41,262 nucleotides of DNA from the NCBI GenBank assembly GCA_021772705.1, contig JAJFLN010000763.1:1-41262 (forward strand). Reading direction: 5' to 3'. This DNA comes from Candidatus Cloacimonadota bacterium (lineage in GTDB: Bacteria; Muiribacteriota; UBA6191; JACPRK01). Below, in pieces: positions 27,257 to 36,363 of the stretch. The position numbers were made by a program, and so were the translations under genes. The number at the start of each line of letters is the position of its first letter. Position 1 is the stretch's first letter. Under the pieces are notes generated by a model. The model ran no database searches. It had not been told where the DNA came from and saw nothing but the letters and a program-made list of their open reading frames with translations.

Positions 27257-29496
27257 TCTCGAGAATCACAGCGCCCTACGGCTTCGTTCCTCTGAGTTCC
27301 ACCGTGGTTTTCCCCGACTGGCTCAGGCTGCGGGAGTCCCTGCCGCCTCCACTGCATGACGTTCCCTTTCAGGAAGGGCTGTGGGGAACAATGGAGCTGG
27401 AGATCACTGCCGAGACGCCCATCTTCATCCGAGGAACCGGCCCCGATACTTCCCAGCCTTTTCAACTCGACAGCAAGACTTACGGAATACCCGGAACCGC
27501 ACTCCGGGGCGCCCTGCGCAACGTGGTGGAGATCGCCACGTTTGGCCGGTTCCAGCGCGTCAACGACCATCGCTACGCCGTACGCGACCTCCATAACCGG
27601 GAGCTGTATGGACGGCACATGGCCGAGATCGTCAGGAACCAAAAGACCGGAAAGGGCGAACCCATGCCCCTGGTCAATGCAGGCTGGCTCACCCGGGAGA
27701 AGAACGGCAAGCAGGGCCATCGCTACCGTATCGAAGTTTGTGATTTCGCCAGGATCGAGTACCGCCCACTGGAGGAACTGGCTCGCACCCGGGGCATCAA
27801 GAACTTCCGGCCTGGCGAGAAGCAGAGTTCGGTGAACAAGTACAACAAGTGGGGTAACGCAAGCCTGGACGTCGAGGTGAATGCAGACCTTCGCCGGCCT
27901 GACTTGATTGCTGGGCGAACGATGCTGTCCCGGTTCGGGCTGGCGACGCCCCACGCGGATGGAACCAGAGGAACCATCGTGTTCACGGGTCAGCCTTCGC
28001 TCTGGAAACCCGACCCGACAGGTAAGCGCCGGCGAGCAGGCAACGCGAAGCATCACGATTTCGTGTTCCTGTCAGGAGGAGCACACCGGAGCCTGGAAGT
28101 GCAGGATGGCACCTTCAGGGACTTCGAATTCGCCCACAGCGACCGGGGACAGCAGAATCGGCTGGGAAGCTCCCAGACACCGAATGAAGAGTGGGGATAC
28201 TGGCAAGAGAGACTGAATGGGGGAGCGAGAGTCCCGGTCTTCTTCTTGACCCGTGACGACGGACAGCTGCGCGCCATGGGCCTGGCCATGATGTTCCGGC
28301 TCAGTTACGATCGATCCATCGGCGATGCCATCGATCACGTTACCCCGGATCATCGAAGACCGGAGGCCGGCCTGGACTTTGCCGAGGGGCTGTTCGGTAC
28401 CGTACGCGATTCGAAGAGCTCCGAGAGTGGCGGCGAGTCTCCAAGAGATCGTTCGGCCCTCGCCCTGAAGGGACGAATCGGTCTCTCCCATGCTGTGGCG
28501 ACTGAATCGACACAGCCCGTTGCCGCTGCTGTGAAAGTGGTTCTCGGTTCACCCAAGGCTAGCTACTACCCAAACTATGTCCAGCAGGCGCGAGGAGGCG
28601 GTTACCGGACCTGGATGGACCCGGACGCAACCCCGCGCGGCTGGAAGCGCTATCGCACGATGACCCGCACCTGGACGCCTCCTTTGCCGACCAGTGGAGA
28701 TGGACGCTCCGTGAACATCGAGAAGGTCGGAACGACTTTCCGGCCTCTCCCGGAAGGCACCCGATTCGTGGCCCACATCGATGTGCACAACCTGCTTCCC
28801 CAGGAACTGGGAGCGCTTCTCTGGGCGCTCGATTTTGGTGGTGACGATCGGGCACGTCACGCACTGGGCATGGCTCGCCCCCTCGGCTACGGCCGCTGCC
28901 GGTTCTCCGTCAATTCCCATGATGTGCGGAGAATGGACGGCAGCCAGGCGGAACTTGATGAGTGCCGTCGCCTCTTCGAGACCTATATGGAGGAGCAGGT
29001 CCCGGGCTGGAGGAGCTCTCCCCAGATCCAGGAACTTCTCGCCCTGACCCATCCGGTCGATCCCGACCAGGCGCACTATCAACGGCTCGATCCGGGCCAG
29101 CGAATCAACGAGTTTGTTGATGCCAAGAAGGCCGGCCTCTCCTTGCCATCCGTCAGCGCAGCGGCCACATCCATCTGGCCCGCCGCCAGGGAAAGCCAGC
29201 GTTTCTCCACCTCGGCTCCACATCGTGGAGGGGGAGCACCTCGGTCGGCTTCCATCTCCGCTGGAGGCGGCTCCGCTGGCTGGCCCGGTAAGCGTCGAGA
29301 CGACGTGATAGAGGTCGAGCTGACCGGTTTGACGAAGAAGAAGAGATGGCGCTGCACTGTCGTCGGTCATGCAGGTACGGTGGGGTTCATCACCGAGGGC
29401 GAGGCTCCGCCGGAACCCAAGGAGGGACAGAAGCACAAGACCGTCGTGATCAGCGGAAACAACCCGACTGGTCTGGTCCTTCGCTGGAAACCATGA
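27253..29496 (+). CDS. large RAMP protein (Cmr1/Csm5-like Cas7) with a roughly 200-aa C-terminal extension
   Basis: RAMP motif TYGIPGTALRGALRNVVEIATFGRF. G-rich loop LGMARPLGYGRCRF. ATGA-coupled to the upstream gene. Confidence 0.65.
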   Translation: MISRITAPYGFVPLSSTVVFPDWLRLRESLPPPLHDVPFQEGLWGTMELEITAETPIFIRGTGPDTSQPFQLDSKTYGIPGTALRGALRNVVEIATFGRFQRVNDHRYAVRDLHNRELYGRHMAEIVRNQKTGKGEPMPLVNAGWLTREKNGKQGHRYRIEVCDFARIEYRPLEELARTRGIKNFRPGEKQSSVNKYNKWGNASLDVEVNADLRRPDLIAGRTMLSRFGLATPHADGTRGTIVFTGQPSLWKPDPTGKRRRAGNAKHHDFVFLSGGAHRSLEVQDGTFRDFEFAHSDRGQQNRLGSSQTPNEEWGYWQERLNGGARVPVFFLTRDDGQLRAMGLAMMFRLSYDRSIGDAIDHVTPDHRRPEAGLDFAEGLFGTVRDSKSSESGGESPRDRSALALKGRIGLSHAVATESTQPVAAAVKVVLGSPKASYYPNYVQQARGGGYRTWMDPDATPRGWKRYRTMTRTWTPPLPTSGDGRSVNIEKVGTTFRPLPEGTRFVAHIDVHNLLPQELGALLWALDFGGDDRARHALGMARPLGYGRCRFSVNSHDVRRMDGSQAELDECRRLFETYMEEQVPGWRSSPQIQELLALTHPVDPDQAHYQRLDPGQRINEFVDAKKAGLSLPSVSAAATSIWPAARESQRFSTSAPHRGGGAPRSASISAGGGSAGWPGKRRDDVIEVELTGLTKKKRWRCTVVGHAGTVGFITEGEAPPEPKEGQKHKTVVISGNNPTGLVLRWKP

Positions 29497-29639
29497 TCGA
29501 TCGACTCCGGATCGCCGGCTTCAAGTCCTTCGGGCCCGGTGGAAATCCTGGAGGCCATCTCGCGACCTTAGAACAACCCCACAGACGATATCATGGCAAC
29601 CAGCGCCACCCACATCGGGTCAGAGCTGCTGAGCATGGC

Positions 29640-29990
29640 GACTCGTGCGATGCCTCGGGCTGTACGGTTTTCCTGGCATCTCTACTCCCACTCCTCCTGA
29701 TCCTGTTCGGACTGAGGATTCTCGCCACTCCGGTGTTCGGCCCCCCCGGGGACTGCTTGGCATCGGTGGCCGGTCGGGCAGGGGCGGCAGCCTGGCGAGT
29801 TTCCTGGCCTCAGCCATGGTCTATCGCGATGGAACGATCGGGACCGGCGAGCAGGCAGGGCTCGCCGACGCTGGAGCAGGTCGCCAGTCTGGCGAGTCCG
29901 TACACTGCGTGGGAGAGTCGGGAACAACGATGGAACGGCTGGTGCTGGTGAAGTCGATGAAACCTCGGTTCGCTGACTGTACTCGGGACA
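29640..29990 (+). pseudogene. degenerate 5' fragment of a group II intron, including a frameshifted RT N-terminus
   Basis: Nucleotide homology to 36010-36520, with a deletion of about 215 bp. Encodes ...GSPTLEQVASLASPYTAWES..., which in another frame reads NNDGTAGAGEVDET (compare the RT motifs LEQVASPANLYAAWERV and NKGAAGVDG). A possible GTGCG 5' end lies near 29643. Confidence 0.4.
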
Positions 29991-30006
29991 GGTGGAGCCA
30001 GGGCGC

Positions 30007-30726
30007 TCAGGGAGTCGACTCACTCACCGAGTCGTCGAGAGTGCGGTGGAAGAGGCACAGTTGACCAGGTGCCTGGTTGCCGCGTGCCATGAATTCATGG
30101 GCGGCCCTCATTACGGCAGCGCCCGGGTTGACGTTCTCTTGTCCCCGCAAATCCGCAATCACCCACATCATCTTTGCTGGATCATAGACGATGAACAGCG
30201 AGTGCAAACTCCTTGGGTTTTTCGTTGAGACTTCGTAGAGGAACCCGTCACCGGAGAGCACTTTCTGAAGATACTCTTCGCGATACGAGTCATTCGCCAG
30301 GCAGTTGTGCATGGCGTGCCCGTGCGCCCTTATCTCCGATACGTTTAGCAATGGCCGAAAGCGATACTCCCGAAGGCACGGGCTGGCGTCGTAAGGCAGA
30401 TCCTCGCGACCAGAAAGTGGCGGTTCGGGAAAGCGCCATGCCTCTTGTTCCAGGTCTTTCGAACGTCGTCTCAGAATGTTCTCCCCTTTCCCTGTTCGCC
30501 CGATGGCGGTTGGCGCTGGGTGGCGACCTGTCGCCGACTTCTTGGCGAGCACGAAAAGACCGGCAAGCGAGCATCTTGCTCTTCTTGCCGGGGACGGAAG
30601 GCGGGCGAGTAGGCGGGCCGTCAGCCATCGTTGCACGGCGGTCAGAGCCGCCGTTTTACTGTTCACCAGACTGAGATTTCGCACCCTCCTCGTCACCGGG
30701 CCTCCGGTTCTCGTCGGCCCTGGCAC
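30007..30726 (-). CDS. hypothetical protein (start uncertain; the Arg/Pro-rich N-terminus may be spurious)
   Basis: 239-aa ORF. The C-terminal half (EIRAHGHAMHNCLANDSYREEYLQKVLSGDGFLYEV...) looks globular. No confident family assignment. Confidence 0.3.
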   Translation of the reverse strand: MPGPTRTGGPVTRRVRNLSLVNSKTAALTAVQRWLTARLLARLPSPARRARCSLAGLFVLAKKSATGRHPAPTAIGRTGKGENILRRRSKDLEQEAWRFPEPPLSGREDLPYDASPCLREYRFRPLLNVSEIRAHGHAMHNCLANDSYREEYLQKVLSGDGFLYEVSTKNPRSLHSLFIVYDPAKMMWVIADLRGQENVNPGAAVMRAAHEFMARGNQAPGQLCLFHRTLDDSVSESTP

Positions 30727-31133
30727 CAGGAGAGTCGCGTCGCCTCGACGGTGTTTCCCTGAGGGTTCCGGGCTGGTTCCCGACTAGGAGAAGGGCAAGA
30801 TCGTGGATCCGCTCTGGGAACCGCGCGCGTCGATCGGAACGCCGAGAAGCGGCCCTGGGGGGAAGGGGAAGGGAAGCCAGCGGGAAGCAGGTGCAGCCCC
30901 TGCGGGTTCTCTGTAGACGTGAGATTCCCTGACCACGCCTCTGCCGAAAGTGCCGGCGACCCGGCCGTCCCTTCCCGGGACAGTCTGGAGCGTGCTCGCA
31001 TTCTTGAACCGACCCGCGGTTGCGTATGCCTGCTGGTACTCAATGGAGTCAGGCCATGGCGAAGGTGCGCGGCCCGACGAGTAACCGGCAAGCTGCGATC
31101 GAACTTGCTCATGCGAACCCTGGAGGCATCGAC

Positions 31134-31502
31134 GTGAACCAGCATCTGAGAGCCGTTTTCTTCGGAGTGTTCGTTTCCTGCTGCTGTCTGAACCTCCTGG
31201 GCCTTGCCGTCGATGCGGCCTGGGCCAGGCCGGCCTGGGCGCTGTCGAACGGGGGCTACTTCGGGTACCGGATCCGGGCCCTGCAGGACTTCCCATTCTG
31301 CGTGGCCGGCACTCTGCTCCTGATTGCGCTGAACGGCGCTGGGTTTATCTGGAGAGGGGTCGTCCGGGCCGGGCTCAGCTGGGGGTCGAACGGTCTGGGC
31401 GGAGAGGTCTCGCTGCCCCATGTGCAGATCGTCGGCCTCAACCTGATCGCTGTCCCGGCGATTCTGGCCGTTTACGTCTGGCTGAGCCTGAGCCTGCCGT
31501 GA
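31134..31502 (+). CDS. small integral membrane protein
   Basis: GTG 31134 preceded by a GGAGG RBS. Hydrophobic helices: VFFGVFVSCCCLNLLGL, FCVAGTLLLIALNGAGFIW, IVGLNLIAVPAILAVYVWL. Confidence 0.4.
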   Translation: MNQHLRAVFFGVFVSCCCLNLLGLAVDAAWARPAWALSNGGYFGYRIRALQDFPFCVAGTLLLIALNGAGFIWRGVVRAGLSWGSNGLGGEVSLPHVQIVGLNLIAVPAILAVYVWLSLSLP

Positions 31503-31568
31503 GGCGGCGAATTTACCTGAAACCTCGATGTCTTCCCTTCGCTCTCTCTTTCTGAAAAGGAGAATCCA

Positions 31569-32339
31569 ATGAACAGTTTCAAATCCACGTTGCCCGTTCT
31601 GGCGCTCATCCTGACCGCCAGCAGCCCGCTCTGCGGCTTCGAGCCGCCGGCACTGTCCGACATCTTCTCCCGGCTCTCGTCTGCGGCCTCTGCGTCGTTG
31701 CCGGGTTCAGCGGCCGCAGCTGGCACCGAAGGAGGCTATGACAGCCTCCAGACCCGGCTCCGCGCGGCCCGGGTGGCGGCGTCACCGAAGAAGGCCATGA
31801 CCTACCGGCTGCAGAAGGCCGGCCAGGGGCTGGCCCTGGAGTCCAGTGAGTACGCGAAGTCCCGAGGCGCCGTGGCGGCCAGGGTGTCGACGGAACTCTC
31901 GAAGACTCGCGCCGACCGGGACCTGCTGGTGCGCCGGCTCGGCGGCCGGAGCGCCGTGGAGAGTGACCCTGAAGCCCTGCACCGGTTCTCGACCCTGGTG
32001 GAGTGGGAGCGGCAGTTGTTGCAGTACGCCGAGGCCTCGGCGGTGGCCTTCGACGCCGCCGAGCTGGCCATCGATGAGGCGCGGACCAGACTCGAGAAGG
32101 CGAAGCTCCTCCACGAGCTCACTCCCGAGACTTTTGACCTGCAGGCGCCGGTTCCGGAGGATCTGATTCCGCACGATCTGCCTGAGCCTCCCTCATTCCG
32201 AGGCCACCTGGACGAACCGCAGCTGGAGCGCGCCCGGGAGGGTCTCACAGGCTACCAGGGAGGGGAGGCCACGGCCTTCTCGCGAGGAGAGATCGGTGAG
32301 ACCGCTCCGGGGGCTCGCTCGACGAACACAGGAAGGTAA
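31569..32339 (+). CDS. secreted helical protein of unknown function
   Basis: AAAAGGAGA RBS. Signal peptide MNSFKSTLPVLALILTASSPLCG. Predicted helical segments rich in A, E, L and R. Confidence 0.55.
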   Translation: MNSFKSTLPVLALILTASSPLCGFEPPALSDIFSRLSSAASASLPGSAAAAGTEGGYDSLQTRLRAARVAASPKKAMTYRLQKAGQGLALESSEYAKSRGAVAARVSTELSKTRADRDLLVRRLGGRSAVESDPEALHRFSTLVEWERQLLQYAEASAVAFDAAELAIDEARTRLEKAKLLHELTPETFDLQAPVPEDLIPHDLPEPPSFRGHLDEPQLERAREGLTGYQGGEATAFSRGEIGETAPGARSTNTGR

Positions 32340-32343
32340 CGCG

Positions 32344-33072
32344 ATGAGACGACATCTGAACACTCTGGCACTGCTGGCGATCGGCATGCTCCTCTGCGCT
32401 TGGCTGCCGTTGGCCGCACAGGCCCCTCGGGACGGCGGGAGGACGGGGATATTCGTGCCGTCCTCGAACTCCGGGGGCGGGCTGCAGGGCCTCGAGACGG
32501 CGATGCGGAGCGTGGCGCAGCGGCTCGACGGGGCACTGCGAGAGCTGGGGCGCCCGGAGCCGGACCCGGCTCGATTCCGGCTGCATCTCGAGCAGCGGCT
32601 CGCGCCTGCCGTGGAAGCCACGGCGGAGATGTTGAAGGAAGCCGCAGCTGGACTGGCCGAGGCTGAGGCGGCTCTGCACCTCGGGATCACGAAACTGCTG
32701 CTCGCCCGGGCGGAGCTCCGAAGCGAGGCCAGACAGGCGCTCGCCGAACCGCTGAAGCAACTGCGGGAGCGGCTGTCGATGGTGCGGCTGCTGCACGAGG
32801 CGCTGGTGGAATCGATGAAGCCATTCGGTTCGCTGGTGGAGGAGCTCGAGACACTGGTGGCCGTGGCGAAGATCGAGGCCTCCACCGCGGTGGTGTTGCA
32901 GCGAGTATCGAGGCTTCCAAGCTCAGACGACGTGCGAACGCTGCAGCAGTCCTTCGTGACCTTGCTCGGCCTCCTGAGAGAACTGCCGCGAACTCCCGTG
33001 GAGATCCCGCATCGAGATGCCCTGGAACGACTCCAGCAGTCCTCACAGCTGTCGACGGGAGGCTATCGATGA
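32344..33072 (+). CDS. secreted helical protein of unknown function
   Basis: In-frame ATG 32344 gives the signal peptide MRRHLNTLALLAIGMLLCAWLPLAAQA. Coiled-coil-like remainder. Confidence 0.5.
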   Translation: MRRHLNTLALLAIGMLLCAWLPLAAQAPRDGGRTGIFVPSSNSGGGLQGLETAMRSVAQRLDGALRELGRPEPDPARFRLHLEQRLAPAVEATAEMLKEAAAGLAEAEAALHLGITKLLLARAELRSEARQALAEPLKQLRERLSMVRLLHEALVESMKPFGSLVEELETLVAVAKIEASTAVVLQRVSRLPSSDDVRTLQQSFVTLLGLLRELPRTPVEIPHRDALERLQQSSQLSTGGYR

Positions 33073-33560
33073 TCCAAACTCCGCCACGGACCAGGGTGCG
33101 ACGCTTCCTCCTCGTGGTGGCAATCTGCCTCCAGTTGATGGCGCTGGGCCACGGTCTTCTACAAGCCCAGACTGCCGATGCCGGACCGAGGACGGATTGG
33201 AAAGGCCTGTTTCGAGATACGCTCGGTGTGCCGGGCCTGGGCGAGAACGGAGAAATCGTCGCGCCCCGTCTTCCCGAAGACCCACGGATTTCGCCGCCCG
33301 ATTCGGTTTCAACTCTCCCTTCGGTGTCCAGGCCGTCGAAAACCGAACAGAGAGCTGCCAGGCCCTCCACGGATTACCTCCGTGTCGGTCAGCAGAACCG
33401 AAAACCCACACTTTCCCCCTCCGCGGCCCGGCCGCCTCGAACCGCACGGTCGAGTCTCGTGCGTTATCGAATTCTCGAGGCGGACAGCCCCGAAATGCCC
33501 GAGCTCGACGGCCCGATTCACTACCTGGATGGAGACAATGAAGATGGCCACTCCCGATAG
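33069..33560 (+). CDS. secreted protein of unknown function
   Basis: ATGA-coupled. Signal peptide VRRFLLVVAICLQLMALGHGLLQA. Pro/Ser/Arg-rich. Confidence 0.45.
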   Translation: MIQTPPRTRVRRFLLVVAICLQLMALGHGLLQAQTADAGPRTDWKGLFRDTLGVPGLGENGEIVAPRLPEDPRISPPDSVSTLPSVSRPSKTEQRAARPSTDYLRVGQQNRKPTLSPSAARPPRTARSSLVRYRILEADSPEMPELDGPIHYLDGDNEDGHSR

Positions 33561-33933
33561 AAATCGAGCCGCCCGGATTTGGCGCTTCGCTGAATCGGCC
33601 GTTTTCCTCAAGAGACCGATCACTTGGTTGACCCTGATGTCGACGCTCTGCTGCGCCCCGGTGTCGGCGGAGACCTACCTGAATGTTGTGGTCCCAGGCA
33701 CGGCAACGGTGCGGATCGATGGCGACCCGGTGTCGACCGGGTCAGTGACGCTCGTGCTCGAGCCCGGTGAGTACCTGGTGACGGTGGAACTCTCGGACGG
33801 ACGTCGATTCACGGAGCGGGTCCACTCGCCTTCGAAGTGGTTCGTACTCAAGAGGATCCAGATCCGCAAGGTGGAGCCCGTGAAGGGACTGCCCGGCAGG
33901 CAGGCCGAGAAGGGTCTGCAGTACATCCTGTGA
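33538..33933 (+). CDS. secreted PEGA-domain protein
   Basis: In-frame ATG 33538. Hydrophobic leader ITWLTLMSTLCCAPVSA. PEGA block LNVVVPGTATVRIDGDPVSTGSVTLVLEPGEYLVTVEL. Confidence 0.45.
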   Translation: MKMATPDRNRAARIWRFAESAVFLKRPITWLTLMSTLCCAPVSAETYLNVVVPGTATVRIDGDPVSTGSVTLVLEPGEYLVTVELSDGRRFTERVHSPSKWFVLKRIQIRKVEPVKGLPGRQAEKGLQYIL

Positions 33934-34041
33934 TTTCCGGCTGAAAGTAGAAACCCGCAAGAGCCCAGCGCTCTCTCTGAATTGGGGGCTGAGGTGTGCC
34001 CGCAGGCCTCGAGATCGACGCAAACGATGACCAGGACGGTG

Positions 34042-34878
34042 ATGCAGATGAGACATTCGAATTCGTGGAACACCGCCGGGAGGCGTTTTCTGCTGCTGAT
34101 CGTGGTGGCCGTTACTGCCGGGAGCTCCAGCGTTCTGGCTGAGTCCAAGGTCTGGGTTTCCGCTCCGAACGACGCTGAGGTTCGAATCAACGGAGATCGG
34201 GTCGGCTGGGGCCCACTGCAGGTATTCCGGCTTGGCCCGGGGAGCTACGAAGTGGAGGTTCGTCCCCTGAGGGGGGCCGCGGTCAAGCGACGGCTGACCG
34301 TGCCGGAGGGCAAGAGCCTACGGTTCCACGTGGACGCGAGACCGAAGGCCGTCTCGACAGACCCGAAGATTGAGTCAGGCAGCCAGGAGCGTACGAGGTC
34401 CGACCGAACGAGGCGGGCAGACACCAACTGGTCTTCCACGAATGCCGATCGTGTCGAGCATGTGTCCAGGCAGGCCCACGCCCAGCCAGACGACAGCAGG
34501 CGCTGGGTCATCGAGCGCGGAGAATCCCGGCGGCCAGAACCGCAGGTGATGCGTGTCATCCACGTCTACCACTACCAGGCGGCACCTCCCCATCCGCGGT
34601 TCGCCAGGCCCGGCAGACGGTCGGCTTACCGCCCGGCAGTCTACCAGCACCCACGAGGTAGGGGCGCTTACTCCGGATATCCTCGGCGCCCCTGGTTTCC
34701 CCCGCATTCGATGCCGCCACAGCAGTGGAGGCCGCGTCGCCGGCCCAACGACGCGGTTCGTGTTCGAAACGTCCTCATGGGGATCGGCGCTCTGGGGGCT
34801 CTCACAGGAAATCGGAACCTGGCTCGCTTCGGTGCTTTCGGAGCGCTCGGTGCGACTCTCGGCAGGCGGCGCCGGTAG
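34042..34878 (+). CDS. secreted PEGA-domain protein with an Arg/Pro-rich disordered tail
   Basis: In-frame ATG 34042. Signal peptide RRFLLLIVVAVTAGSSSVLA. PEGA block VWVSAPNDAEVRINGDRVGWGPLQVFRLGPGSYEVEV. Confidence 0.5.
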   Translation: MQMRHSNSWNTAGRRFLLLIVVAVTAGSSSVLAESKVWVSAPNDAEVRINGDRVGWGPLQVFRLGPGSYEVEVRPLRGAAVKRRLTVPEGKSLRFHVDARPKAVSTDPKIESGSQERTRSDRTRRADTNWSSTNADRVEHVSRQAHAQPDDSRRWVIERGESRRPEPQVMRVIHVYHYQAAPPHPRFARPGRRSAYRPAVYQHPRGRGAYSGYPRRPWFPPHSMPPQQWRPRRRPNDAVRVRNVLMGIGALGALTGNRNLARFGAFGALGATLGRRRR

Positions 34879-35381
34879 ACACGAGCTGATCGGAACCGGC
34901 GCTCCATGGTGACAATCGACTTGCTGATCCTCTGCGGACAATTCTGACCATCCTCGCCGAGGCGGGCCGAGCAGTCTTACGTGAGCAGGCGGATCACTTA
35001 CTGAATGACTCCTGGATCGAACCTCGAGCGTTGACAACGACGAAAGGCCGTCCCGTTCAGGGTGGTCCCTGGGGTACCATGCCGCGCGAGACACGGAGGG
35101 CCGGTGAGGATCGGGCCCCTCCGGGAGGGAGGAGGCAGGGGATGACAGTGGACGTGTCGCGGGACTTTCCCCGCCCCGTCGCCTTTCACCATGCCCGGCT
35201 GGTGCGAGCCTGCGGATCTGCTCTGCCTTGGTGACCTCCACGACCGGTTTCAAGCCGGCCCGACCGGGCGGTCACCCCGTGTCCTTGACCTGCGCACTTG
35301 AGGCCCTATAGAGCGGCAAGTCTTGAGGGATCGCTGCAGGTAGTCACTGGCGAAACGCGACATCCAACAACGATACGAGTG

Positions 35382-35476
35382 CCTGTGTAACGAGGGACGC
35401 GTTTGTGGCGGATGATGGCCGGACAGAGACGGCAAATCGAAAGAGTTTCAAACCTCTGTAACGAGGGACGCGTTTT
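35382..35476. repeat. two-copy 23-nt direct repeat, period 71 bp
   Basis: cctgtgtaacgagggacgcgttt at 35382-35404 and cctctgtaacgagggacgcgttt at 35453-35475, differing at one position. They are separated by a unique 48-nt segment, inside a noncoding gap of about 480 bp. Confidence 0.3.
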
Positions 35477-36363
35477 CGAGAAGTCCGAACAAGAATTGTC
35501 ACGGACATCACCGGCAGCACAACGGAGTGTTCTCCGTATCTCGGCAAATGAGGTCGGTGAACACCCGGGCCTGGTGATGGACGAACTCGCCATGGCTCAC
35601 TGTCCTTCTGCTCGCGTCGAGATGCACGGTTCCACGCAGCAGACGGGCATGGAATGTGTCGATCAGGGGGGCCAGCGCTTGATCGGTCATTCGACAGCCG
35701 AGTCTCTGGTCCCGTTCGGAAGTTCAGGGCCGTGAGAGCGACCCGGTTCACGAGGGCCGGGACCACGCCGTTCGCATCGCGCGATGCTTGGGTGCGTCCT
35801 GGATGGGCTTCCTTCGGATCGTCGAAGAAGTCGGGGCGAGATTCGGTCGCCGGTTCGGTCGGAAGGTTCGGAACCGACCTGCTCAGTCGGTGGCGGGGCC
35901 GTCCCCCGGTCCGTCGAACCGGAGAGCGAGCTGGCGCTGAAACCGATCCCGGCCTGTCCCGCTCTGATCTCACGATGGAACTCACCAGTTCGTTCACAGA
36001 ACTCTTCACCGTCATGCTGATCCTGGTCGGACTGAGGATTCTCGCCACCCCGCTGCTCGGTCCCCCTCGGGGACTGTTCGGCATCGATGGCCGGCCAGGC
36101 AGGACCGGCAGCCTGGCCAGTTTCCTGGCCTTCGCCATGGTCTACCGCTTCGCGTGGCAGCTCCAGGAGGCAGGAGGGATGACGTTGCAGCAGTCTCTGG
36201 GAGTGGGCGTCGGACTGCTGGTCGGAATGGCGATCCTTCGGTGGGTCGAGATCCTGGTTTCATGCACGGCTCTGACAATCTTCGTCGTGCATGATGCCTT
36301 CCTGAACGGAGGTGTCGCTTCATTCTGGTTCGCCGCATTGTTGCTGTTTCACCTCCTGTTGAG

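Noticed and set aside
28549-29436. 295-aa minus-strand ORF
   Set aside because: Antisense to the large RAMP gene, which is ATGA-coupled into the operon.
21873-29496. Assignment to a named CRISPR-Cas subtype (for example III-A, III-B or III-E)
   Set aside because: The gene content fits no canonical subtype: no HD domain, no Cas11, and no Cas6. I cannot run profile comparisons, so only a type III-like call is justified.
30300-30420. Possible JAMM/MPN metalloprotease motif in HGHAMHNCLANDS of the 30007..30726 product
   Set aside because: Spacing and residues do not fit H-x-H-x7-S-x2-D: Asn occupies the Ser position. No family assignment was made.
32193-32885. 230-aa and 183-aa minus-strand ORFs
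   Set aside because: Antisense to two plus-strand genes that carry clear signal peptides and coupled starts.
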